Both the position numbers and the translations under genes were made by a program. Of a stretch of 64,000 nucleotides of DNA, positions 35,283 through 44,816 are shown in pieces. Position 1 is the first letter of the stretch. Each line of letters begins with the position of its first letter. Under the pieces are notes generated by a model. The model was not told where the DNA came from, did not search any database, and saw only the letters and a program-made list of their open reading frames with translations. The stretch covers positions 192,001-256,000 of the forward strand of contig CAVPCR010000005.1 of assembly GCA_963702435.1 (NCBI GenBank), in the 5' to 3' direction. Origin of the DNA: Candidatus Eiseniibacteriota bacterium. Lineage in GTDB: Bacteria; Eisenbacteria; RBG-16-71-46; CAVPCR01.

Positions 35283-36425
35283 TCACTCCGGGAAGCGCTT
35301 CCGCACCAGGGAGCGCTTCCATCCCTGCCGGTTCAGGTCGATGTCCTGGTTCGGATCGTAGTCCTCACGATCGGCAAAGGTGACATCGCCCGTGTTGTTC
35401 ACCCACCGGTACTTCCACTCATCGACGTCGCGCTCGACCTCCCCGGTGTAAGGGTTCACATACTCCTCCTGCCCGGTGAGGGTGAGATACATGTCGTTCT
35501 GGATCTCGGCCATCGTCTTCTGCCGGTGCTCGACGATCTCCTGGTCGATGCGTGCGATCTCGCGCTGCGTGTCGAGGACGATGCGGCTCCGCTCCATCTG
35601 CCCGCGGATCTCGCCGCGCACCCACTGGGGATTCATGCGCACCGAGCCCTGGATCACCTGGAGCACGGGCGCCAGGCGCGCGAACTCGGCCTCCGGCGCG
35701 CGGACCAGGACGGTCTCGCGATTGCCCCACATGCCTGCCCCCAGCTCGCCCCAGTCCTGAACGATGGCGAAGAGCACCTCCCGGAAGCGGACCCCGTTCT
35801 CGTCGTAGGCGACGGTGACGGTGGCCGCGTCGTAGGTGAAGGTCATTGGCTGTCCCATCATCGCCTGCACGCGCTGGCCGTAGCCATGAGCGGTCTCCGG
35901 ATGCTTCTTGCGCTCGACCACGCTGAGCCCGGCCGCCCCGGGGTGAGCCTTCGGGAGCACGACCTGGAGCAGGAACTCGTCGGCGGAGAGCAGCGGCCAT
36001 ACGGTCATTCCCTGGTACGTGCTGCCCGGAGGAAAGAGTCCCATCTGCCCTGCCGGCGATCGCCGCGCATCGAAGTAGAGCAGGTCCGGCAGCGAGCGGA
36101 TCATGGCGCTGCCGGCGGCGTCCTTCTTGATCGCCAGATCGAGCTTCGCTTCGATCGCGTTGGTCGGACCGCCGGCGGCGGTGGGATCCACCCGGAAGAT
36201 GCCGCCTTCGAGCGTCCAGCCGCGGGGAACGAGGATCGTGAAGGCGTTCTCCCGGGGCTCGCTCTGTCGCGTGAAGACGAGAGCCGCGCCGGCCTCGCCC
36301 GGCTCGGCGGCGCCCGCCCCGCCCGCAGCGCCGCCGGTCGCCTGCCCGGCGGCGCCCTCGTTCGATCGCGAGCAACCCAAGGCCACGAGCAACAGGAGAG
36401 ACCACAGTTTCGCTCTGCGCATCAT
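35283..36425 (-). CDS. Hypothetical lipoprotein
   Basis: MMRRAKLWSLLLLVALG-C lipobox. TTGACG-N17-GACCAT lies upstream at 36468-36496. Confidence 0.7.
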   Translation of the reverse strand: MMRRAKLWSLLLLVALGCSRSNEGAAGQATGGAAGGAGAAEPGEAGAALVFTRQSEPRENAFTILVPRGWTLEGGIFRVDPTAAGGPTNAIEAKLDLAIKKDAAGSAMIRSLPDLLYFDARRSPAGQMGLFPPGSTYQGMTVWPLLSADEFLLQVVLPKAHPGAAGLSVVERKKHPETAHGYGQRVQAMMGQPMTFTYDAATVTVAYDENGVRFREVLFAIVQDWGELGAGMWGNRETVLVRAPEAEFARLAPVLQVIQGSVRMNPQWVRGEIRGQMERSRIVLDTQREIARIDQEIVEHRQKTMAEIQNDMYLTLTGQEEYVNPYTGEVERDVDEWKYRWVNNTGDVTFADREDYDPNQDIDLNRQGWKRSLVRKRFPE

Positions 36426-36533
36426 CACGGACTCCCTTCCACCAGGCGTTCTCGCGGCCCCCATTGAATGGTCGCGCCGGATCGCGACCGCGTCAAGAGC
36501 CGGGCGCGGCAGGATGCACGGAACGGCCGCGGG

Positions 36534-36550
36534 CTGGCGCGCACTTTGCA
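36534..36550 (+). promoter_or_regulatory. sigma54 (-24/-12) promoter
   Basis: CTGGCGC-GCACT-TTGCA matches TGGCAC-N5-TTGCW, about 88 nt before ATG 36638. Confidence 0.65.
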
Positions 36551-36637
36551 ATGTCTCGGAATGATCGCGACAGCGGACCGGCGGACAACGAGTTAGCGCC
36601 GCCGCCCCGGGTCGCCTGCCCCACCTCGAGGGTGAGA

Positions 36638-36952
36638 ATGCGCCGAGACCTCGCCATCGTCCTCGCCAGTGTCCTCGTCCTGTCGGCCGCGCTCGCCGCG
36701 AACGCAACCCCGGGCGCGGCCCCGGACGGCGCGCCCGGAGCGCCGCCGTCCACGGCTCAAGCAAGCATCACCGCCCGCGCGCAGGTGATTGCGGCCGGGC
36801 CCGGCCGCGCCGCGGTCGCCGCGAGCGAATCCTTGCTGTCCGGCGCAGAAATCGGCTCGACCACCACGGCGGACGGACTGGCCCGGATCACGTGGCACGC
36901 GAGTGATGCGCCAGGCATCCCGGCGCTCCTGATCGAGTTCGTCGCGAACTAG
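36638..36952 (+). CDS. Small secreted protein resembling the N- and C-terminal strands of the neighbouring pilins
   Basis: Signal peptide, QASITARAQVI and C-terminal LLIEFVAN (pilins end LTIAYTAN / LTATYTGN). Confidence 0.6.
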   Translation: MRRDLAIVLASVLVLSAALAANATPGAAPDGAPGAPPSTAQASITARAQVIAAGPGRAAVAASESLLSGAEIGSTTTADGLARITWHASDAPGIPALLIEFVAN

Positions 36953-36981
36953 CGGGGCCTGCCGCCGGGAAGACGCCGCGA

Positions 36982-39696
36982 TCAGCGCGCCGGGCGGCGG
37001 GCCGCGGCGGGCACGAGGTGGACCTCGATCTCCGGGGCGCGCACTGCCGGATCCGCGGCAACCGTGCAGCGAGCGGCAGGCGCCGCCATCTCGAGGCCGA
37101 GGAGCGCGAGCACATCCGCTGGGATCGTTACCGTGTAGTCGCCGGCGAGGAGACCGAGAGCGTAGAACGTGCCGTCATGGAAGGTGACGGCCTCGTGGCG
37201 GCGCCCCGACGCGAGATGGGTCAGGATCACGCGCACACCGCCCACTCCGCCCACTCCCACTGCCCCTGCCGATCCCTCGCGCGTGACGCGCCCCGCCGCC
37301 TCCGCCCCGTTCACGACCGGCAGGTTCACCTCGCGGAAGCCGTTCGGCTCGACCGCGACCTGGGCGAGCGCAACGGTTGGTACGAGGAGCGGGCTCGGCA
37401 GCGACTCGGCATCGATCGTCACCGCGGCGTCCTCGAAGGGACCGAGATCCCACACCGTGTAGCGCCCGCGCTCGTCGGTCGTCACGGCCTGACAGCCGAC
37501 GAGGACCCGCACGCCGGGAAGCGGCTCCTCGCCCGGATCGAGCCAGCCGCTGGCGTTCGCATCCACGAAGACGAGGCCGCTTACCCCGCCACGCCCGATC
37601 GAGCGATGCGGAGACACCTCGATCTGGCGCGCCGCCTCGTTCCATAGCACCGCGCCCTCGGCATAGGCGGCCGTCGTCAGATCGCCGGTCGGCCCGCGCA
37701 TGACGTGAGCGCTCGAGTTGACGCCGGGGCGGAGCGCCGAGATCGCGAAGCTCACGCCGGTGCCCACCACCCGCGACCAGCCGATCTCGAGCTCGAAGCG
37801 CGCGAAGGGGCCCACGTTCTTGCCGGCGACCACTCCCGCGCGCTCGAGCGCGCTGCGGCCGAACTCCCATTCGAGCTGCCCGCGCAGGAGGAGCCCGCCG
37901 AGCACGGGGAGGCGGGACGCGCGGAGCGCGGTCGAGGCATTCACGCCGAGGATGTGGGCGCTCGCGGCCTCCGCTCCGAACCGGAGCCGCTCCGAGCGCC
38001 CCTCGACATTGAGGCGCACATTCCTGACCTGGCCGGAGAGGCCGAGGGCGAGGCGGCTCTGCCGATCGCGCTCACCGCGGAGGTCCTGAGCGCCAAGCGT
38101 CAGGAAGAACGCGCGCCGGCGCGGATCGGGACGATAGAAGGCGGTCACGCGCGTGCGTGAGAGCTGCCCGGGCGAGGTGAGAACCGGGTCCTCGACCTCG
38201 GGATCGAACACCTCGTGCAGGGCCGAGGCACGGAGATCGGGCGACGGCTCGTAGCCGACTTCGAGCGCGGCGAACGCGCCGCCCACCGCCTCGGCGCGGA
38301 GGAGCCAGGCCTCGTGGAGAACGCCGCTCACGCTCGTGTACGGATGCACGAGCAGGCTCCGGTCCGTGCCGGGGCCTTCGCTCCGGTCCCGATCGCGCAG
38401 GAAGAGATCGGTCCCCCCGCGGAGCGTCCACGCATCATTGATCCCGACCCGCGCGTCGACATTGGCGAGCCCCGCGCACTGGGGGCCGTCGCAGGCGCCG
38501 AGGCCCGCCTCGGCCTCGACCTCGCCCGCGGGCAGGCGATCCGCCGCGATCGGGATCGAGCGCAGGAGCTCGCGCACCTCCCCGTTCGGGCCGAACGCGC
38601 GCAGCTCGACCGGATTCGAGCCGTAATCGACCGGCGTCGCGATCTCGTAGTAGCCGAGCGCGTCGGTCATCGTGTAGTCGACGAGCTCCCCGTTCCGGTA
38701 GAGCTCGACATCCCACGCCTGACCAAGCCAGCCGCGCACGGCCGCTTCGCCGAAGGCGGCCGGGCGCGAGTAGGGCGCGGTCGAGGCGGCGATGCCATGG
38801 AAGGCTCGGGCGCGCGGCCCCGTCGATCCGACCCAGCCGAGGCGGAGCTGGCGCGGGGCGAAGCCCTCGGGCCACGCGCGCACCCAGGACGCGGTGAGCG
38901 GATCGGCGACTGCCCGGCCCTGCGGATTCCCGCGATGGCGTAGATCGAGGGATCCGCCCGCGAAACCCGTGCCGAAGCAGAGATCGTAGGTCGCCGTGGC
39001 AGGAGCGCCGAGATCGGCGAGCGCGAGGCCCCAGTCGAGCGCGGCCCCGGCGATGCGCTCGGGCCCGGGCACGAGCCGCCGATCCGGCTCTCCCTGGTCC
39101 TCTGCGCCACCGCGCGACGCGCGCGCGCGCTCGCGTGCGACGCGGCGCCCCACCGGAAGCTCGTCGGCGGGATCGAGCACGACCAGGAGCTCACCACGAT
39201 CGGTCTCGACCCGGAGATCGAGCAGCGCGGCGATGAGCGGCGTGCCCAGGTAGAGCTCGCCGTTCAAGAGACGCATCGGCGCGGCCTCGCGCGAGAACAC
39301 CGCGCGACCCGCCCGCGCCGTCTGGTACTCGAAGCTCACCTCGAGCTGGATGCCCTGCGGCTCGCGGAGCGCGGCAAGATGGCCGGTCGTATCGATCGCC
39401 GCCTGGATCTCGATGAGCTCGAAGAGCGGGCGCGCCGGCACGTAGATCTCATCGTCGAATGCGAGCGCGAGGAGAGTCTGACTGGCGATGCGGCCGGCGC
39501 GGAGCTCGATCACGAGCTCCTCAACGGGCGTGTCGGCGGCGGCCGGATCAACGGCGGCAGCGGCCGGGTCGGGTGCGGCGGGCGGACCGGCGGCCGCAGC
39601 CGATGCGAGGAGCATGCTGCCGGGAGCGAGGATCAGGGCGAGGACGAGCGCGGCGCGTCCCTGGCCCGCTCCCTTCCGGCGACCGATCCGTGGCAT
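36982..39696 (-). CDS. Fimbrial usher-like outer-membrane protein
   Basis: Signal peptide, VELYRNGELV...YGSNPVELRAFGPNGE usher-like middle region, long beta-rich region and C-terminal GLVFVDANASGWLDPGE (SdrD-B-like). Last gene of a pilin/chaperone operon. Confidence 0.72.
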   Translation of the reverse strand: MPRIGRRKGAGQGRAALVLALILAPGSMLLASAAAAGPPAAPDPAAAAVDPAAADTPVEELVIELRAGRIASQTLLALAFDDEIYVPARPLFELIEIQAAIDTTGHLAALREPQGIQLEVSFEYQTARAGRAVFSREAAPMRLLNGELYLGTPLIAALLDLRVETDRGELLVVLDPADELPVGRRVARERARASRGGAEDQGEPDRRLVPGPERIAGAALDWGLALADLGAPATATYDLCFGTGFAGGSLDLRHRGNPQGRAVADPLTASWVRAWPEGFAPRQLRLGWVGSTGPRARAFHGIAASTAPYSRPAAFGEAAVRGWLGQAWDVELYRNGELVDYTMTDALGYYEIATPVDYGSNPVELRAFGPNGEVRELLRSIPIAADRLPAGEVEAEAGLGACDGPQCAGLANVDARVGINDAWTLRGGTDLFLRDRDRSEGPGTDRSLLVHPYTSVSGVLHEAWLLRAEAVGGAFAALEVGYEPSPDLRASALHEVFDPEVEDPVLTSPGQLSRTRVTAFYRPDPRRRAFFLTLGAQDLRGERDRQSRLALGLSGQVRNVRLNVEGRSERLRFGAEAASAHILGVNASTALRASRLPVLGGLLLRGQLEWEFGRSALERAGVVAGKNVGPFARFELEIGWSRVVGTGVSFAISALRPGVNSSAHVMRGPTGDLTTAAYAEGAVLWNEAARQIEVSPHRSIGRGGVSGLVFVDANASGWLDPGEEPLPGVRVLVGCQAVTTDERGRYTVWDLGPFEDAAVTIDAESLPSPLLVPTVALAQVAVEPNGFREVNLPVVNGAEAAGRVTREGSAGAVGVGGVGGVRVILTHLASGRRHEAVTFHDGTFYALGLLAGDYTVTIPADVLALLGLEMAAPAARCTVAADPAVRAPEIEVHLVPAAARRPAR

Positions 39697-39726
39697 CCCG
39701 GCACCTCCCCGCCGCGGGGCGACGAC

Positions 39727-40242
39727 CTAGTTCCCCGTGTAGGAGACGACGAGCGTGACGGCCCCGGTGTAGACCCCCGGCGCCTGGGTGAGCGACGGAC
39801 TGACCGTGCCGCCGAGCCACGTGTAGAGGCGTCCGTTCGAGGGGCGGAGCCGCGTGATGTGGGTCAGGCGCGGATCGAAGAGCACGGCGTTCCGCGACTG
39901 CGGCAGCGTGGAATGACCGGCCGAGGTCGGACCGAAACCGATCGGCAGGGTGTACGGCCCGACCGTGAGGAAGATCGGCAACAGAAAGTCGAGCGAGATC
40001 TCGGCGCCCCGGGTCCCACGGACGAGGAAGCGGGCGCTCGCGGCGTTCGCCACCGCGATGGTGGCGGGCACGCCGCGGATCACATCTCCGAAATCGAGAT
40101 CGCGCTCGCGCGTGATGGTCAGATTGCCACCGACCACGATGGCGCTCGCCTCGATCGACTGCGCGCGCGCGGCGACCGCCGGTCCGAGAAGACCGCCAGC
40201 GATCCCGAGGAGGGCGAGATAGACGACAACCGCTCTGGTCAT
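39727..40242 (-). CDS. DUF4402-like / Csu-type pilin subunit
   Basis: Signal peptide, LDFGDVI and LGGTVSP...Q.PG.YTG.VTLVVSYTGN. Confidence 0.78.
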   Translation of the reverse strand: MTRAVVVYLALLGIAGGLLGPAVAARAQSIEASAIVVGGNLTITRERDLDFGDVIRGVPATIAVANAASARFLVRGTRGAEISLDFLLPIFLTVGPYTLPIGFGPTSAGHSTLPQSRNAVLFDPRLTHITRLRPSNGRLYTWLGGTVSPSLTQAPGVYTGAVTLVVSYTGN

Positions 40243-40254
40243 GGGTCAAGGACC

Positions 40255-41202
40255 TCACATCACGTCGAGCGCGAGCGACTGCTCCACGGGAACCGCAGGC
40301 AGGAGGCTCGGCGCCGGAATGTCATCCCGCTCGGTGGACACGCGGAGATGCACCGTGTACCGCCCGGGAACGAGGTCGCCCACGGGGAAGGCGAGCCGCC
40401 GGTGGAGATCGCCATACACGCCCACCGCTTGCTTCCACTCCCCCACCGTGCGGCCACCCGTATCCGCCATGGTGAACAAGATCGTCCCGAGGAAAGCGCC
40501 GCCGCCGCTCCGGCCGAGCCGGACGTCGGTGACGAGCGAATCGCCGGCCACGCGCGCCGCGAAACCCGCAAGGCTCACCCCCGCCGTCACCTCGCCCTTG
40601 CGATAGATGAGCGAGGTGATGGTCCGCATCTCGAGCGTCAATCCGACCTTCACCGCACCGTCCCCGGTGGCCGCCACCGGCGGCTCCCCACCGCGGGAGG
40701 TGATGATGATGCGACTCCAGTACTCGCCGTCGGGGAGACCCGCCGGCGGCTGGGCGAGGAGTCGGATCGCCTGCCGCGCGCCCGGGGCGACCACACAGCG
40801 CGCCGGCAGCGCCCGCACCCAGCGCGCCGCCGACGGCGCCTCAGCCGGCGGGTCGGGGATGAGCTCGACGCGCACGCCCCCGCTCTCATCGGAAACGGGA
40901 TAGCCGTACACGAGCTCGACCGTGACCTCCGCCGGCACATCGTCGGGATTCTGCACGTAGAAGACCGCCGCACGCGTGCGGTGGTCGATGAAGACGGCGT
41001 GCGGAGCGACGACCACGGCGCTCGCCGCGACCGCGTGCACCATGAGGAGGGTGAGCGCAGCGAGAAGGACGAGCCTCGCGTATCTCCCGTCCTCGTGCTG
41101 CCTGCCGTTCCGGTTCCCGGTGCGCACCGAATCCACTCCCTCCGCTTGCGGGTACATCCGATCTCCCTTCGTTCCGCCCTTCGTTCCGCGCTCGATGTCC
41201 AT
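40255..41202 (-). CDS. Periplasmic pilus chaperone (PapD-like)
   Basis: VVVAPHAVFID, FYVQNP, P..CVVAPGARQAIRL and DGEYW. Start uncertain (41226, 41202 or 41157). Confidence 0.75.
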   Translation of the reverse strand: MDIERGTKGGTKGDRMYPQAEGVDSVRTGNRNGRQHEDGRYARLVLLAALTLLMVHAVAASAVVVAPHAVFIDHRTRAAVFYVQNPDDVPAEVTVELVYGYPVSDESGGVRVELIPDPPAEAPSAARWVRALPARCVVAPGARQAIRLLAQPPAGLPDGEYWSRIIITSRGGEPPVAATGDGAVKVGLTLEMRTITSLIYRKGEVTAGVSLAGFAARVAGDSLVTDVRLGRSGGGAFLGTILFTMADTGGRTVGEWKQAVGVYGDLHRRLAFPVGDLVPGRYTVHLRVSTERDDIPAPSLLPAVPVEQSLALDVM

Positions 41203-41222
41203 ATCCTGCTTCCCCGCTCCGT

Positions 41223-41750
41223 TCAATTCGCGGTGTACGCGATAGTGAGCGTCACTGTGCCCTGGTATGCGCCCGCGCGCTGCGCGAGCGGCGCATGCAC
41301 GGTGCCGCCGAGAAAGACGTACGCGTGCCCGCTGCGCGAGAGCCTGGTGAGATAGGGAACCTGCGGATCGAAGCCCACGGCCTGGTCGGGCCGGTGCTCG
41401 GTCGTGAATCCCCCATCGTCCTCGGTGAACCCGATCGGCAAGAGCGCGCCGCCGGGACCCGCAAGCCCGCTCGGCAAGCTGAAGGTCAGAACGACCTCCT
41501 GGTTGGCGCGCCCGAACAACTTGAACTGGCCCGCCCGGCGCACGTCGAGCCGGCTCACGCTCACCGCGGCCCCCGCCACCACGTCCTCGAAGTCGAGGGG
41601 CTGGCGACCTTGCGGCGGCCGTGGCGCGGGGGCCGCGGAGCCTGGTGCTTCAAGCACCGGCTCCGCGTGCCCGCTCGCCAGCGGCAGCGTCATCGCGGCA
41701 AGGATCAGGGTGCGGACGAACCGCACCCGCCGCCCATTCCCCGCGTACAC
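41223..41750 (-). CDS. DUF4402-like pilin subunit
   Basis: LDFEDVVAG and FLGGTV..P..QRAGAYQGTVTLTIAYTAN. Paralogous to its neighbours. Confidence 0.75.
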   Translation of the reverse strand: MYAGNGRRVRFVRTLILAAMTLPLASGHAEPVLEAPGSAAPAPRPPQGRQPLDFEDVVAGAAVSVSRLDVRRAGQFKLFGRANQEVVLTFSLPSGLAGPGGALLPIGFTEDDGGFTTEHRPDQAVGFDPQVPYLTRLSRSGHAYVFLGGTVHAPLAQRAGAYQGTVTLTIAYTAN

Positions 41751-41811
41751 ACTCCCTCCGTGGTGTGGGGGCGCGCCCGACCCCGGCCGGGCGCGGCGCG
41801 GTGGTCGAGTC

Positions 41812-42330
41812 CTAGTTTCCGGTGTAGGTCGCGGTCAGCGTGATGGTGCCCGTGTAGAGGCCCGCCGCCTGCGCCGCCGCCGGCTGCACGGTGCCGCCGA
41901 TCCAGGTGTAGAGCTCGGCCAGCGGGGAGCTGATGTTCGCGGTCGCGATCGCGATCGGGTTGAAGGTCGTGGCAGCACCGGGGTTGTTGCTCGTGTGATG
42001 CGCGGCATCCGTCGCGCCGTACACGATCGGCATCGTGTTGGCACCGCCGTCGGAGAGCGTGGCCGGGAGCGCGGTGAACTGGAGGGTGACCTCCGCACCC
42101 GCCGTGCCCTGGACGAGCCAGCGACCGGCCGAGGCGTTGGTGACCGGGATCGACTTGTTCGCGCCCGGGATCACGTTCCCGAACTCGAGATTCTGCTGCG
42201 GGGTGACCTGGATCGGGGTCATCACGTTGGCGCGGGCGAGAATGTTGCCGCTCGCCGTGCCCTGGGCCATGACGGCCGGGGCGTAGGCGAGAAGCACGAC
42301 GGCAAGCAACACAACTGCGAGCTTCTGCAT
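41812..42330 (-). CDS. DUF4402-like major pilin candidate
   Basis: Signal peptide, LEFGNVIPG and WIGGTVQP..AQAAGLYTGTITLTATYTGN. First gene of the operon, with a GAGG RBS. Confidence 0.8.
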   Translation of the reverse strand: MQKLAVVLLAVVLLAYAPAVMAQGTASGNILARANVMTPIQVTPQQNLEFGNVIPGANKSIPVTNASAGRWLVQGTAGAEVTLQFTALPATLSDGGANTMPIVYGATDAAHHTSNNPGAATTFNPIAIATANISSPLAELYTWIGGTVQPAAAQAAGLYTGTITLTATYTGN

Positions 42331-42424
42331 GGTTTCTCTACCTCTTTGATGGACGTGAGCGCGAATGGAATGGGCGCGCCGGAGCCGTGCTGGCGGGGGC
42401 GCGATCCCAATAGTCACAGCCTAT

Positions 42425-42452
42425 GAATCGGACGGGACGCACGGGGGGTTAA
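42425..42452 (-). promoter_or_regulatory. Possible sigma28-like promoter of the pilus operon
   Basis: TAAC-N15-TCCGATTC versus consensus TAAA-N15-GCCGATAA. Confidence 0.35.
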
Positions 42453-42490
42453 CCGGCGGGATCAGCGGGCGCGGAGGGCGGCCGGGTGTC

Positions 42491-43023
42491 TCATCCCGGG
42501 ACGAGCTCGGCGTAGACGGCGCGGATCTGCTCGACGACAGCCGGCCACGCGAACAACTGCGCCCAAGCGCGGAGCGCCGCGGCGTCCCAGGAGCGATCCA
42601 TGGCGGCGGCGAGCGCAGCAGTCAGGGCGTCGGGGTCGCCCGGCGGGACGAGGAGCCCGTACCGTTCGTCGGGGACGACCTCCGGCACGCCGCCCACGCG
42701 CGAGCCAACGACCGGTTTGCCGGCGGCGAACCCCTCGAGCACCGTGAGGGGCATCCCCTCGTTCAGGCTGGGCAGAACAAGCGCATCGGCGGCGCTCACC
42801 CACGAGGGGAGCTCGGCGTAGGGCCGGAGCCCCGCGAAGCGGACGTCGTCTGCGATGCCGAGCTCGCCCGCGCGAGCAGCGGAAAGACGCGCCGCGGGGA
42901 GAGGACCGTCACCGTGTCCCCGCTCGCGGCGAGACCCTCCACCTGGCGCGCCACGCTCATGAGCACGCCGCCCTGGGCTTGCCGGAGCGGCGTGTAGTCC
43001 TCGGCCAGGAAGAGAACGTGCAT
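42491..43023 (-). pseudogene. GT4 glycosyltransferase with a large internal deletion
   Basis: The N-terminus MHVLFLAEDY...SPRRVFPLL is joined out of frame near 42875 to the C-terminal ELGIADDVRFAG...LPSLNEGMP...GSRVGGVPE. About 200 aa are missing relative to the paralog at 50884. Confidence 0.75.
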
Positions 43024-43040
43024 CGCCGCGCGGCGCCGGG

Positions 43041-43739
43041 TCAGAGGTCGTCCCAGGTGGCGACCTCGGCCCGCGCGCGCTCGAAGTCGTCCATCTTGGC
43101 GACGTCCATCCAGAAGGCGTCGATCGGCTCGTGGCGGACGCGCCCACCGGCCGCGATGATGCGCGCGATGAGCTCGGGCACGTCCACGCGCCCGCCGGCC
43201 GGCGGCAGATGCGCGAGCGCCGCCGGCGATGCGGCGTAGATGCCGCCGAGCACGAGCCGCGTCTCGGTCGGCTTCTCGACCACCTCGTCGATCGCCTCCC
43301 CGTTGCCCCGGATCACGCCGTAGGGAATCGTGATCTGGTGGCGGACCGCCGCCGCCGTGAACTCGGCGCCGCTCGCCGCATGCCGGTGGAGGAACCCGCC
43401 GAACTCGAAGCGCGTGAGAATGTCGCCGTTCACCATGAGGAAGGGCCCGCCGAGCTGCTCGCGGATCAGGCCGAGCGCCCCGGCGGTGCCGAGCGGCTCC
43501 TTCTCCTCGACGTAGTCGATGGCGAGGCCGAAGCGGTGGCCGTCGCCGAAGTAGGACTTGATGAGCTCGCCCTTGTATCCGGTCGAGACATGGACGCGCG
43601 TGAATCCGGCCCGCGCGAGCTGGACGAGCAGGATCTCGAGGATCGGCCGGTCGCCGATCGGGAGGAGGGGCTTGGGGATGGCGTAGGTCAGCGGGCGGAG
43701 CCGCGTGCCCAGCCCGCCGGCCATGATCACCGCGTCCAT
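43041..43739 (-). CDS. Sugar-phosphate nucleotidyltransferase
   Basis: IMAGGLGTRLRPLT..PKPLL, EPLGTAG and NGDIL. Confidence 0.92.
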   Translation of the reverse strand: MDAVIMAGGLGTRLRPLTYAIPKPLLPIGDRPILEILLVQLARAGFTRVHVSTGYKGELIKSYFGDGHRFGLAIDYVEEKEPLGTAGALGLIREQLGGPFLMVNGDILTRFEFGGFLHRHAASGAEFTAAAVRHQITIPYGVIRGNGEAIDEVVEKPTETRLVLGGIYAASPAALAHLPPAGGRVDVPELIARIIAAGGRVRHEPIDAFWMDVAKMDDFERARAEVATWDDL

Positions 43740-43746
43740 GGTTGGC

Positions 43747-43773
43747 TTATCGGCGCGCGGCGCGTCGATCTGA
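43747..43773 (-). promoter_or_regulatory. sigma28-like internal promoter
   Basis: TCAG-N15-GCCGATAA, 7 nt before ATG 43739. Confidence 0.5.
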
Positions 43774-43814
43774 CCCCTTCGTGCCGCGGTCGCGCCGCGC
43801 GCGCTGCGCCGTCC

Positions 43815-44816
43815 TCACACCGCGTACTCGCTCGGCCGGTAGAGCGCGGCATGATCGCCGATCCAGTCGATGGTGGCGCGGAGACCCTCGTCGAGGCCCA
43901 CCTCGGGACTCCAGCCGGCGAGCTCCCGCGCCCGCCGGTTGTCGGCGAGAAGCCGGTCCACCTCGCTCTTGTCGGGCCGGAGCCGCGTCGCATCGAAGAC
44001 CAGCTCGACCGGCCGTCCGACCAGGGCGACGATCTTCTCGGCAAGCTCGCGCACCGAGACCTCGACCCCGCTGCCCAGATTGACGACCTGGCCCACCGCC
44101 CGCTCGCACCCCGCAAGCGCGATGAAACCGCGCACCGTGTCCTTGACGAAGACGAGGTCGCGGGTCGGATGGGTGGCGCCGAGGAAGATCTTGTCGGCGG
44201 CGATCGCCTGGCTCACGATCGACGGGATGACGGCACGCGCCGACTGCCGCGGCCCGTAGGTGTTGAACGGCCGCACCGTGGTGACCGGCAGGCCATAGGC
44301 GCGATGGAAGCTCTCGGCGATCTGATCGGCGGCGATCTTCGACGCCGAATACGGCGACTGCCCGACCAGCGGATGGCGCTCGTCGATCGGCACGTACTGC
44401 GCCGTGCCATAAACCTCGCTCGTCGAGGTGTGGATGACGCGCTCGACCTGGCGATCCCGGGCCGCGGTGAGCACGTTCAAGGTGCCGAGCACGTTGGTCT
44501 CCACCACCTCGCGCGGGTGGCGATAGGAATACGGAATGGCGATGAGCGCTCCCAGATGGAAGACGGCACTCATGCCGTTCATCGCATCGGCGACCGCGTT
44601 CGCGTCGCGGAGGTCTCCAGCCACCACCTCGATCCGCTCCTGGAGCTGCGGCGCGAAGTCGTCCAGGAACCCGCGCGCCCCGCGCGAGTTGTAGCGGACG
44701 AAGGCGCGCACGCGCGCCTGCCGGCGGACGAGCTCCTCGACCAGGTGGCTGCCGATGAACCCGCCCGCCCCGGTGACGAGAACCGGCCTCTCCTTCCAAT
44801 CCATCGTGTCGGTCAT
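43815..44816 (-). CDS. NAD-dependent nucleotide-sugar 4,6-dehydratase (LegB-like)
   Basis: GAGGFIG, FVRYNS, LGALIAIPYSY, STSEVYG, YSASK and RPDKSEVDRL. Confidence 0.85.
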   Translation of the reverse strand: MTDTMDWKERPVLVTGAGGFIGSHLVEELVRRQARVRAFVRYNSRGARGFLDDFAPQLQERIEVVAGDLRDANAVADAMNGMSAVFHLGALIAIPYSYRHPREVVETNVLGTLNVLTAARDRQVERVIHTSTSEVYGTAQYVPIDERHPLVGQSPYSASKIAADQIAESFHRAYGLPVTTVRPFNTYGPRQSARAVIPSIVSQAIAADKIFLGATHPTRDLVFVKDTVRGFIALAGCERAVGQVVNLGSGVEVSVRELAEKIVALVGRPVELVFDATRLRPDKSEVDRLLADNRRARELAGWSPEVGLDEGLRATIDWIGDHAALYRPSEYAV

